Part shown: piece after piece, positions 25,701-37,000 of the stretch
How positions within the stretch are numbered: the stretch's first letter is position 1
Layout: the number at the start of each line of letters is the position of its first letter
Assembly (NCBI GenBank): GCA_030141605.1
Contig: JAQGDQ010000393.1
Span: 124,001 to 188,000 of the forward strand
Direction of reading: 5' to 3'
Source of the DNA: Tubiluchus corallicola
Lineage: Eukaryota; Animalia; Priapulida
DNA: 64,000 bases
Notes under the pieces: model-generated
Seen by the model: the letters and a program-made list of their open reading frames with translations, nothing else
The model's database searches: none
What the model was told of the DNA's origin: nothing
Program-made: the position numbers and the translations under genes

Positions 25701-26677
25701 TTAGAATGTGTATCTTCAACAGCATCAGTCAACCCAGAGTTACGATGCTCTAACATTTTTGCAAACCGTTCCTCTGCATCAGACTTCTCTTCTTGTATTT
25801 TATGCAGCCTTTCCAGTAGTTCCACTTTTTCACTTTCACTTTTTTCTAGACTCTGCTCAAGATCTGCAATCTTATTTTCACATTCGGTTTTAAACAACAA
25901 ATGCTCTGATTTTTCTTTTTCAAACTCAGCATCCGCAATGTCGACCATACAAGAAAAGTCATGCAATTCTCTGTTATCAGTGTGAATTTTTGCAGTCTGC
26001 ATATAATCTCTATAAAGTTGCAATAAATCAGGAGGGCGAGAGATGTTCAAGCCAACATCATCCCAGTCTTCAAAGTCTTGATCTTCATTTTCATCAGCAA
26101 ATGTAATTGATGTTAGTTTGAATAAATTATTGAGCAAATATTCATTTACTAAAAAATTTAAGGCTCTACGTTCATGTGCTTTTATAGTGTCTGACTGACA
26201 AGTAACTAGTTCAGGACTTGCACACTCTGACTGTGAATCTGCCGCTTGAGTTAAGCTGGCTTTCAAAGATTGGATCGTGTCCTTCGCTTTTCGGAGCTCG
26301 AATTCTAAAACTGCTAATCGCTCATCAGTCTGCTTTTCTCCATCGTCAGAGTACCTGGCATAGTCTAACGAATCAAGAGTTTGAGCACTAGCAGTTCTAT
26401 GAAGATTAGTTGACAATTCATTTTTGCTTGCTGCTTGCGATTCGAAATTTACAGGATTAGAAAAGTAATCTCGTAATCTTGGCAACTCCCTACCAGACTC
26501 CAAGAGTTCTGTGTGAAGTTCTAATGCTGTCAATAATAAATTTTCCTTGATTAATTTTGACGCAATATTATCTAGTTCAGCATGAAACTGTGCACTAGCA
26601 CGGGGAGTATCCACTTCAATTTCATCTTCGATAAAATCGTCCTCAGATGCATAAAAGCGAGGCACGGTATGCGCCAT
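22775..26677 (-). CDS. RELCH: RAB11-binding protein RELCH (KIAA1468; LisH, coiled-coil and HEAT repeats), 2 exons, 1115 aa
   Basis: Exon 1 is 26677-24793 (ATG preceded by an in-frame TAA; donor CAG|GTAACA). Exon 2 is 24237-22775 (acceptor TTTTTATTTAG|GC). The phase-1 junction gives ...LCLISG-IHTVDESRLCLLLES.... Diagnostic motifs: LLTALELHTELLESGRELPRLRDYFSNP, SLDYARYSDDG, DERLAVLEFELRKAK, ERRALNFLVNEYLL..KLTSITFADENEDQDFEDWDDVGLNI, ELLPQCWEQINHKYVERRLLV, RIVPALVTLATDP. Confidence 0.95.
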
Positions 26678-27245
26678 TGTATGAAGAGTTTAAATAGGAA
26701 CGAATAATCATGGATTCTTGTCTCCACTTTCTTGGATTAACAGTTTCAGGTTATAATTAAACAAATTTTGCAGTAGTTATAAAAGTAAGGGTACTTAAAC
26801 ATTAAAAACGGCCGTACAATATGGAAAACCTTTTTCAAGACAACAATCTGTCAGGCCTGAGGCCATGACCGGCCAGGACAGAGAGACTCACGTCCGCCCA
26901 TTGCGCTCAATGATCTCAAAGGTGATGAAATGTGTACATTGTTGTTTCGTATTCTACAGAGACAATTATTAATAATTATTTAGGGGAATATTTTTGTGCA
27001 TTTAACTTGTTGCTGGGTATTGCTGATATCTATTATTAATTAATTATAAATATAGTGTGGCACTGCCATGCAGTGTGTAACTAGGGGTAAGCATTCTGTA
27101 CCATGGGGGTCAGCGGGCGGATGCACTGATGCATGTGCATCAACAGAATTTTTTAAGAAATTTGTTCAAAGACTAAAATAAACTTTTTTGGTAGTAAACC
27201 AAAAAACACACCAACCCTGTATTTGTTTGAGCAATCCCCGAGCAG

Positions 27246-27666
27246 TAGGGGTGAGCATCGAACGTTCGAGTTCGAACGTTCGAATCGAATTCGAACGAGT
27301 TTTATTAGTTCGAACTCGATTCGAATCCAAAACTTTAGATTCGAATAATTCAGCGCGTCAATCACATATGTTCCTGATCACTAAAATGATTGAAACAACA
27401 TGCAATTAGCGTAATTTAGCAGTGTTTTCTGTGCACAATTTTAAGCAAATTACTAGTCGTTTTATTGCAGAACAAAATCTAGTGATACACATGATCTTTG
27501 TAAGATTAATTTTTACTGGTGGTTCGAAAACTTGTTCGAAAATCGTTCAATCTCAATTCGAATTCGGTTCGAATTCGAAACACTGAAGTTCGGTTCGATT
27601 CGAATTCGAAAGTCACAAATTCGGTTCGATTCGAATTCGCTTTCTGGTAGAGAATGCTCACCCCTA
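27246..27666 (+). mobile_element. hAT-like MITE family D (TTCGAA-rich), intact copy
   Basis: Perfect 13-bp TIR TAGGGGTGAGCAT/ATGCTCACCCCTA and a perfect 8-bp TSD CCGAGCAG (27238-27245 and 27667-27674). Confidence 0.92.
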
Positions 27667-28378
27667 CCGAGCAGTCAGCTGATTTGCAAAGTGAAGTTAT
27701 GCTTATGGGTATCACTTACATAGTGTCGATTCTCCTATCGATTTTCGTTGTCTATGCAGTTTTTAGCTAACTGTAACTGCACTTCTGCATTTAGGGGGTG
27801 GGCCCAAGGGGCCTTGGCCCCCTTTCACAGTAGTAGTGAAATTATGAGTCACGAGTTTGCGGTAAAACAACGAGTTTTAAACTAATAAACTTGCCTGAGG
27901 AAATAGCTTCTAGCAATCACAAAATAGTCTATAATGCAGTAAAATTGCATTTAGCTGTGTCCAGTGGGAAAAGTTGGCATGCATGCAAACATATTAAATT
28001 TTGTATGAACAGTGGGTGGGCTGTCACTTAACAGTCTCAAATCAGTTTTATGTTTGAATATCCACATTTTGCTGGATAGATAATCTTGACACTAAATAAA
28101 CTAAGCTTAAGTAATGGGTCATCTGCATTGCAGTATATTACAAACTTGCTTTTAAGATATATGTCTACTACATATAGAATACAATGAATATTATCTAGAT
28201 AAATGCAGGGAAAATTTATATATTAAAGAAGAATTTTTTACGTTTGAGGAAGTCTGTGTACCAGAATTTAGATTTCATTTGAAGCCTCCAAATTGTGCTT
28301 AGAAATAGGAAAATGCGTTGGACGCCAGGGCTACCCGAACCTCCTAAGTGCTTATGTGTCAAATTTTTTAACCTCTCG

Positions 28379-29069
28379 TAGTGCCCATGTTCTCTACCAG
28401 AAAGCGAATTCAAATCGAATCGAATGTGGCTTTCGAATTCAAATCGAACCGAATTTCAGTGTTTCAAATTTGAATTGAGTTTAAAAGATTTTCAAACCAG
28501 TAGTAAAAAGTAGGAGTGAGCATCGAACATTCCAATTCAATTCGAACTAGTTTTTTTAGTTCGAATTCTATTCGAACCTAAAACCATAGATTCGAATAAT
28601 TCAGCAGTTAAATCACATACGTTCTTTATCAGTAAAATAATTGAAACATCATGCATTTACTGCCAATTAGCATGATTTAGCTGTGATTTCTGTGCATAAT
28701 TTTAAACAAATAATTAGTAGTTTTACTGCAGAACAAAATCGAGTAATATGCATCATCTTTGTAAGACTAATTTTTACTGTTGGATCGAAAAGTTGTTGGA
28801 AAATCTTTCAATCATAATGCGAATTCGAAATACCAAAGTTGGGTTCGATTCGAATTTGCTTTCTGGTAGAGAATGCTCATCTCTAGTAAAAAGTGGTCTT
28901 ACAAAGATTATGCATATTACTTGATTTTTTTCTGCAGCAGAAGCACTATCAATTTGTTAAAAATTTTGCACAGAAACTGCAGCTAAATTGTCCTAATTAC
29001 ATATTGTTTCAAACTGTGCTTGGCTGAAATGCGGAATTATTTGATTCGAACATTCGATGCTCATCCCTA
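28379..29069 (-). mobile_element. hAT-like MITE family D, older inverted copy interrupted by a nested copy
   Basis: Halves 28379-28510 and 28886-29069 rejoin to match the copy at 29071-29451. The right end is TCGATGCTCATCCCTA. Confidence 0.8.
28511..28885 (+). mobile_element. hAT-like MITE family D, nested copy
   Basis: TIRs TAGGAGTGAGCAT / ATGCTCATCTCTA and 8-bp TSD GTAAAAAG (28503-28510 and 28886-28893). Confidence 0.88.
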
Positions 29070-29070
29070 C

Positions 29071-29451
29071 CAGGGGTGTGCTGTCTCTACCAGAAAGTGA
29101 ATTCGAATCGAATTTGTGACTTTCAAATTCCAGCCGAACCGAACTCCAGTATTTCAAATTCGACCAAATTTGAATTGAGATTGAAAGATTTTCAAACAAG
29201 TTTTTGAACCACCAATAAAAATTAGTCTTACACAAATCATGCATATTACTCAATTCTGTCCTGCAGTAAAACCGTTAAGAATTTGTTTAAAACTATGCAC
29301 AGAAATCACAGCTAAATTATGCTAATTGGCAGTAATTGCATGACGTTTAAGTCGTTTTAATGATAAAGAACGTATGTGATTGAAGTGCTTAATGATTCGT
29401 ATCCATAGTTTTAGGTTCGAATTGAACTCGAACGTTCGATGCTCACCCCCA
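29071..29451 (-). mobile_element. hAT-like MITE family D, inverted copy abutting the nested pair
   Basis: Runs CAGGGGTGTGCTGTCTCTACCAG ... GAACGTTCGATGCTCACCCCCA and is the reverse complement of 27246-27666. Confidence 0.82.
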
Positions 29452-30444
29452 GCATGTACACTGTACATGTAGGCATGTACTTGACTTTTGCAGATGCTGC
29501 TATTGCAAGAAAAACTTATTTTTAAGACAGATGTTTCTCTTAAATGTATTGTAGTTTAAAAACATGTAACCATTCTGACTAATGCTTAATTTTTGAACAC
29601 AAAGTATAATTTTTTTATGTGGGATCTGTTACATTTGACTGAGCTGATGAAGTGCGGAAGAAAGACCATGTTTACAATAGAAGTGACTTTGTTTTGTTTT
29701 CTAAGATAATTCATATTGTAAGTGACGACGTTCTAGTCTCGGTTCTGTATCATGTAGTTCATGTTCTTGATCGAATCTTATTATAGAAAAGGTTGCTGAT
29801 AATAACTTTCAGCTATAATTAATAAAAGGTAATTAACTAGATATGGGTATTCTGCAGATATTTAATGTTCGGGAATAGGTCTTTTAATTGCCTATAATGG
29901 CCTAGAAAATTGTGGAGGTATGAACTATGATAGGTACGAGTAGACGTTTTCGTGAGCTTCGGGGATAAACTTTTTTGTCCCAATGGTCTGTGTTGTGGTA
30001 AATTTGGAGGTGAGTATACTGTCCAAAGATCTGAAAGTCTAGTTAGTAGGCGTTGAAAAGTAAAGGAGGGAGCACTGCCACACCAGCCTCATAGAACATA
30101 GGGTAGAACCTTATTTTTATTTTTTTCAGTATCATTTACAGCAACACGTCAGTGTTAGTAAGTTGTTAAATAATTACAATCATGGAGCAGAAAAGGGAGG
30201 GCACAAAGGGTCATCTATACTCATGTTCTTTCTTACAAGTGGCATGCTCAATAAAAATAAATATTTATCTAAACAGTGTTTGGATTCGAAGATTTGGCCT
30301 TACTATACATCACTCTTTAGCAGAAGAAAATAAGCATGACTTTTTTAAAATGTTAGTAATATATCAGCAAATACATCTGTATGCTCATACAAAGGTCTTA
30401 GATTGTGCAAGAAAAATATTGTTCACAATTTTATAATATTATTG

Positions 30445-30575
30445 AAAAAAGTAACTTTTATTAAAAACTTCAAAATATAAAATATTATAAACATGCCAAA
30501 TGTTTCGACTGCACAGTCTACCAGTCATCTTCTGTGTGACAGAATACACAAACAACAACCAATTTTATAAGCAAA
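30445..30575 (-). mobile_element. Penelope-like pseudo-LTR fragment with a decayed hammerhead ribozyme core
   Basis: Minus strand reads TATAAAA (30569-30563) ... CAGAAGA-T-GACTG-loop-CAGTC-GAAAC (30534-30502) ... AATAAA (30462-30457). This is the TATA/hammerhead/poly(A) order typical of Penelope pLTRs. The core has A in place of the U of CUGANGA. Confidence 0.5.
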
Positions 30576-30724
30576 GCCTATAGTACAGTATATGAAAATG
30601 ATTAATTGTGTATTCACATAATAGAAGCCAAAGGCACAGTAAAAAATAAAGGCCTGTCTACAGTAGAACTATACCTAGGTTTTTGAAAACAAAGTTAATG
30701 GAATTAAACTATTTTGCACATTAA

Positions 30725-31487
30725 AGGGGGACTATCACCAAAATTAAGTTGAGCTTGAATAACTCGCGATTATATTACGAATACAAATACGTGCCTCATT
30801 CTTCACGAAAAATTCATGTTTAAGAATCTTTGGCAAACGTTCGGATAAAATTGTACACAAAACGAATATTTGACTAGGCCGCCATTGAGCATGTATCTGC
30901 GCCTGCGCCTCTGGTGGCGAAATTGCCGTACTACAGATTCATTAATTCTAGCAGAATGAAGTTACTATATCGGACTTGTTTTACAAGAAAAGAACTTTTG
31001 TTACCAAGGCCCACACTTTTGCATCTTGTATTGTTAAGGATGTTTTCAATTAATGCCACAAGAATTTTCACAATGTGTTGTAGGCCTACTTTTGTGCAAT
31101 GATTGTTTACCTCTATTGGAATATACTGTAATGGACCTATAACTTTCGACAGTAGTAAAATATCGCTTTAGATGAAAACATGTTAACAAGTGCAACGACA
31201 ATCGTTTCTGTCGGCTGACTACCTATCCGAACCAAGGTCAAATGCTGTAACGTAGTAATAACAGCTTTATTTTTAGCCCAGTCATGTACCACAGTGTCAC
31301 AAAAGGCTGCGTGTACACTCTGTTACGTCATCAGCCTGAGCTGTGCTAGTTCAATTTTTTCATCGGGAGAGGCAAAAAAGTTAATTACTCTAATTAGACA
31401 ACGTACTGCTAAAAAAATTCCGCCAACTTGTTCCCGGGGAAGACAACTATAAAATAAGTTTAACTTGATTTTCATGATATTCCCCCT
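30725..31487. mobile_element. TTAA-targeting MITE family C (Kolobok-like) with ~32-bp TIRs
   Basis: TTAA at 30721-30724 and 31488-31491. Left TIR AGGGGGACTATCACCAAAATTAAGTTGAGCTT versus right TIR (reverse complement) AGGGGGAATATCATGAAAATCAAGTTAAACTT. Confidence 0.88.
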
Positions 31488-34024
31488 TTAAGAGGAGGCT
31501 TGTTAGGGTACATGGATAAACTTTCTATTGGTAATAGATCCTAGTTATTTGTAGTTTTTGTCACAAAGCTAAAATTATTAAAATCAGCCTTGTGGCTAGA
31601 GGCAAAGATATGGTCATGAATGCTAGATTGAGGAGGACATTGTCAGTTCTAGATGAAATATCCAGATGTTCACACATTCTTACTATAATGTATCTGGACG
31701 TTTTGAATTTTATGATGTCGTCTGCAGATTTGCTTTTTAAATGATTCTTACTGGGCACTTCCTGTCACTAATAAAATTCGCAGCATTTGGAATCATATCA
31801 CCAATAATGGCAATAAAATTATGATGTCACGTAATGACTAAAAACCAAGTAAAACACATTTCAAACATCATCATTCAGCCATCCAGTAAACAATATGTAT
31901 GTTGTCTTCAAGACACACTTACTAACATCTTAACAATTATTATTTGCCTATACTGCTAATGAAAGTGAACATTGTGAAACTTAGGTAAGTATAATTTTTC
32001 AATTTCCAAGAGCAGGAGTTGAGTATCGATATACTCCATATAGCCCAGTATACCCTCTGCTTTACCAGTGCTAGTGTTAGAACTAATGTATGGAAACATT
32101 TATTTAGCCATTGTGCGATTAGTTCATGGAATCGTCTCCTAAGTAACACAGTGGCTTCAGAGAACATAAGTAAATTAAAAGTGCAATGAGAGCGGTGAGC
32201 TCAATGTCAACCATAGGCCAGCATCACTAAACCATTCAATGGCATATATTCAATGGTAAGATAGCTTTATACTAATAATGCCAAATAATGATATGATCAA
32301 TGATGCTTATCATTGTTCATATCATTCTACCAACCTATATATATCATATCATATCATTCATATCAACCTATGCAGTCAATCATGTAGCCTCACTAGGTGG
32401 GGAAAGCTTGTGGCAAAAGGCATTATAAAATGTTATCAGATCAGAATCCAATTGCAGATTTGTCTTCCCTTCTGCATAGTAGTGATGTAGGCGACACAAG
32501 AAAATTCCGGTAATTGCAGACTTGATGAACATTACTAATTACTGAACAGGTCAGTAACTTATTACTAGGTAAACCATAAGTGCAATCTGTAGTGCTATTA
32601 CATAATATGACTGATGACTTTCAAAATTTGCTATTTATGTCAATTCTCATTTTGATGAGTATTGCAAGTACATTTTACAGAACTATTTTACTCATAGAAT
32701 GTTTGTTTTAGTCGCATCTGTTTGCAAGAAACTGTGTGATACAAAATGTCTCTCAAAAAATTTTCTGTGCTACTCGGCTACTGCTGTGTTAAGCAATGTG
32801 AAAAATGTGTAAAAATAGTTAACATTTTTTCAGTGACGTGTGACAGAATAATTACGTTTTATTAGTCAGATCTGGTTTTAGTGTGATGCAAATTGTTATA
32901 TCACAAAATGAATTTATGTGAGATGGAAAATTAATGCCAAGTTATGCCAATGTAATTGGCATTAAGTTGCGTGTGAAATTACACTGATATTTGATTTCCC
33001 TCATTGCTGGGAGCACCGTAGCTGTTGCAGGTGCAGTTTTGTCTCTTTCAATTGTTTTTGTACACTTAATCATGTTTCCAAAAATCCAAGCCAAATCGCA
33101 CAGACTGTGTTATAAATGTCATCACCCTAAGGCCACAACACGATGCAAATAACAGGATAACCTTTAAAAGCCACTTGAAACATCCACGTTTCTGCCAATT
33201 AGAAACAGCAGATTTCTCTTTGGAAATTTGTGTGGTTTGTCAATCTAAATTGTTCATATATAGCCGTGGTATGTTACGGGAGAAAATCGTTCTCCTGCAG
33301 TTTATTGCTCAATAAAACATTTTAGTTGAGTTAAGTGATTGAGAAAAGCTTTTTATATTAGCTGCCGTAACATATTTAATAAAAGTCCATGTGCGACAAA
33401 GTTGAAAAAATGGTGTTTATTAACCGTGTACGTGAGCAAAAGTCTATGTGATACTACAAGGAGTTTGCCTCGTGTGTGTGAGGCATACAGGTTCCAGTTT
33501 TAAAGCAATTGATAGTAATCAATTACTGACCTATTTCAACTTGTAATTGATTGCACCTACCTTATTGCATACGTAGGTCAACCAAGAGGTTGTAGATCTT
33601 GAGAAAACTGAAATCTTAATACATTATTAGTTAAATTTGATTAAGTTTGAGAAATTTAATAAAATTAGTCATTAGCCATTTAATTATAATTGGTAGAAAT
33701 TATAGTGTTAAGCTTTGAAAATTATTTACATTTCATGTGAGCAGTATTGCAGTTTGAAATTATCATTATTTTTTTCCTAAATTTGATGTGAATGCCATGA
33801 TAATATCCTGATTGGAGAAGAGTTACTTGCATATTGTAGCTAAATAAACTAAAAGAACAACTACATTTTTAATCTTACACAACTGTATAATATTTCTTAA
33901 ACTAACTAAAGTAACTAACTAAAGTAAAGACTACATTATATCTTTTTTAGATAAAACAAGGAAAGGTGTTATTGTTGTGTCAGATTTAGTCACAAACAAA
34001 GATTGAACTTGGAAAACTTTTGCC

Positions 34025-37000
34025 ATGACAGAAAAATTTCAAGTGGAGCTTGGAGGTACAGCTTCCTGTCTTAGTTTTCTCTTGCTGTGTTAACATGCAG
34101 AGCTGTATGAGTATCTATAGTCTATTATTTTTAGTTTTTATTTTTTCTTTCTAACCCCTTTCTAACCCCTATCAAGCCAATGTAGAACATAGAACGTAGG
34201 TAGACCATCAGTTTAACTCTGCTTTGTACAAGTTTCTTGATACTGAATGCCAGTAGTTATTTGGCTGTATTTGATAATTGTGAATGCAAAAAGATATTTA
34301 GAATGTAATTGTGATAATACGTATTTTCATGATCGGATAAAATGGCTTAATTTTGCTGCTGTTTCTGTATTTTATCAGATGCACTGCAGGTATTAAGGTC
34401 TTGAGCATTATGTATGTGGTTCTCTCTGGTGCATTTTTTATTACTTTTCTAACCAAGCAGGTTCCATATTCTCATGTCTGCACACATGATATTGCTATTG
34501 CTGCAGTCCATTTAAATTTGAGAAAACTTAAAAGCCATGTACAGATAAAGGCAGTGAAGAATACCAAGTCTTTTATGTATACACCATCTAAGGTTAAAGT
34601 GTAGGGGCTGTCCGATAATATGTGCGCCCCCCCCCCTCCACAATCCTATCCACCCTCACACAAACCACCAGAAATACCTACTAGTGCAGTAAATGCTACT
34701 GAATGGATATTCATTAAATCATAAAACTTACACAGAGTATCGTGTTTACCATTAATTACGTGTTGTTTGCTGCTTAGCAAATTCATCATCACTAGCTGCA
34801 TTACATCTTTCATGTTACTTATCACTTGCTGTTTACTTCTAGCAAAGCATGCTGACCTTAACTAGATTAAATGACCCTAACTTAACTCCACTCAGGTATA
34901 ATCACGTTTACTTTATGATCAACCGCACATTTAAGGTGATCTCGGAACTCGGGTGGAAATACTAGAAATCAGACGCCTACAAACGATACTAAACATCTTT
35001 AATGATATAGTGCATCACAGCATAGGTATAAATTTGCCAACTTATGTCACCCCATCACTCAATCAACAAATTTGTTCATCCAGCAGCAAGAGTCTATATT
35101 TATTTATACTCCTATCACAGAGCAATACGCTTGTGGAACAAACTGCCACCAGATATCGGAGAAATCACTTCAGAGCACTAGCACCCTCGGCTGTTTCTAT
35201 CACGAGGGTGCCACCCCACCTAACCTGTGTGTAAATCTAACCATGTTTTTCGCCCGCACCCACCATGTTTGATTTCCCGATTTCACCGCTATTCATAACC
35301 TCTAGCACCATCACAAGTTAGCGAGTTGTTTTTCTCAGCATTTATGCTAACCATGTGCACCCCTAACTTCCAGTGTGTCATTAAAGACTTTTAGAAGTAT
35401 ACTGTTCAAGACTTCAAGACATTGAAGCTCCAGCAGTCTAGCTTATCACCCATGGCTGTGACATCTTCCATCACAAGGAATTTAAACATCAAAGTCCTTT
35501 TTCACACCTGTTAACAGCTAAAGTGTCCATAGTAATAAAAGTCTTCGCTATTTATTATTATTTTTTTCGAAAATTTAAAAAACCATTTATTGCAGTAAAC
35601 ATTAAACAACAAAGTTTAAAGACACAAAGTCCCAGTTCGGAGAGTACAGCATGATACTCCTCCAGGGTTGAACACACATTAAATACACATGAAGTTATAC
35701 ATTACATATTTTACATAAACGCTTATATGACAAACACTAGCATTCTGCAAGATCAAAAGGGTAAAAGTTTTGTAAATAAATTTATGATAAAGATAATTAA
35801 ATCTATTTAAAACTTAGGTATTAAAATTTATACAGAACGTATCTGTCGTGTTGACAAAATGTATAACAGTAGAATATACTTTAAACGTTTATTGATACAG
35901 AAGTTTCCACAGAAATACAGGTAAAATGATGTTTGCATATAATGTCTTGTAAAAGGCAACTGGTAGTACAGAATATAGCAAAACTGGAGCAACCATTCAC
36001 TATTAGGTTAAACCCATTTTTAGAATAGGTAACAGATAGATAGAAGCCATATCTACTACAGTAATAGCGGTTTTACAAGTTATTAGTCTAATTGCAAATT
36101 AAATGTATTTTTTATGATTTTCGGTCGTTCACAACGACTGTATCTTACTTTGCACTGAAATACTTCTTCTGCACTGAAGTACTAAGATTGATAATAGTGC
36201 TGAATGCAAGTTATCATTGGGTTGATCACAGGTTTGTTCTGCTTTATTGCATTAATATTAATAATAGTGCCAAACGTGAACTGTAAAGTAGGGTGGCAAG
36301 TAGGGGTGAGCGAAATCGAATTTTTGAATTTGACTTTCAAACAAGAATCAAAATGAATTTCTAGATTTCAAATCCAGATTGAATTAGAATTCTGTTTTAA
36401 ATCATAAAAAAAGCAGTCTCGCAAAGATTCTGCTATTGCTGGATTTTCTTCTGTAGTAAAGACACTATAATTTTTTAGAAATTGTGCACAGAAATTATGC
36501 TAAACTGTGCTATTTGAAACCAGCATGATGTTTCAAAAGTTTAATAATAAAGTAGTTGAATCAATAATATTAAGCTCGAATCGAATTTGAATTAAAAAAA
36601 CTGGTACGAACTGAATTCGAACGTTCAATGCTTTCCTCTAGTGGCAAATATGCAAAGCGCATAATTTTGCAGTTTGGTATTTTTGTGTTTCAGCCTCTGA
36701 ACCATGGTCGAAAGATGCAGAGCTTTATGAACTTTTGGAAGGTATGCACTTTTTTCTGTCTTGGATTTTCTTAGATCTGTAGGATTTCTTAGTTTTTGTT
36801 AACTTTTTAGTGTTCTGTCCTTAACCCTTTCACTACGGAAGGCAGCACACTGCCACCTATGTTTTCATGCAAGGGATGGAAGGTGGTAGACTGCCGTTCA
36901 AGCTCAGCAGTAAGCGCAGTCGCCCCGGTTCTGTTTATTTCACTGCTACGGCCATGCAAAACATTATAGAAAAGTTTAACAGTCATGGGATTGGGGTTGC

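Noticed and set aside
23277-25985. Plus-strand ORFs overlapping RELCH (and similar ones over the SH3BP5L last exon and the DUF4139 gene)
   Set aside because: They are antisense shadows of real CDSs with no recognisable homology.
22775-26677. Two separate genes or a split pseudogene (476-aa and 658-aa ORFs)
   Set aside because: Canonical GT-AG sites join them in frame into one RELCH CDS.
27255-27640. Heat-shock element array in the TTCGAA-rich MITE
   Set aside because: Only isolated GAAnnTTC pairs occur. TTCGAA lacks the 2-bp spacing needed for three alternating nGAAn units.
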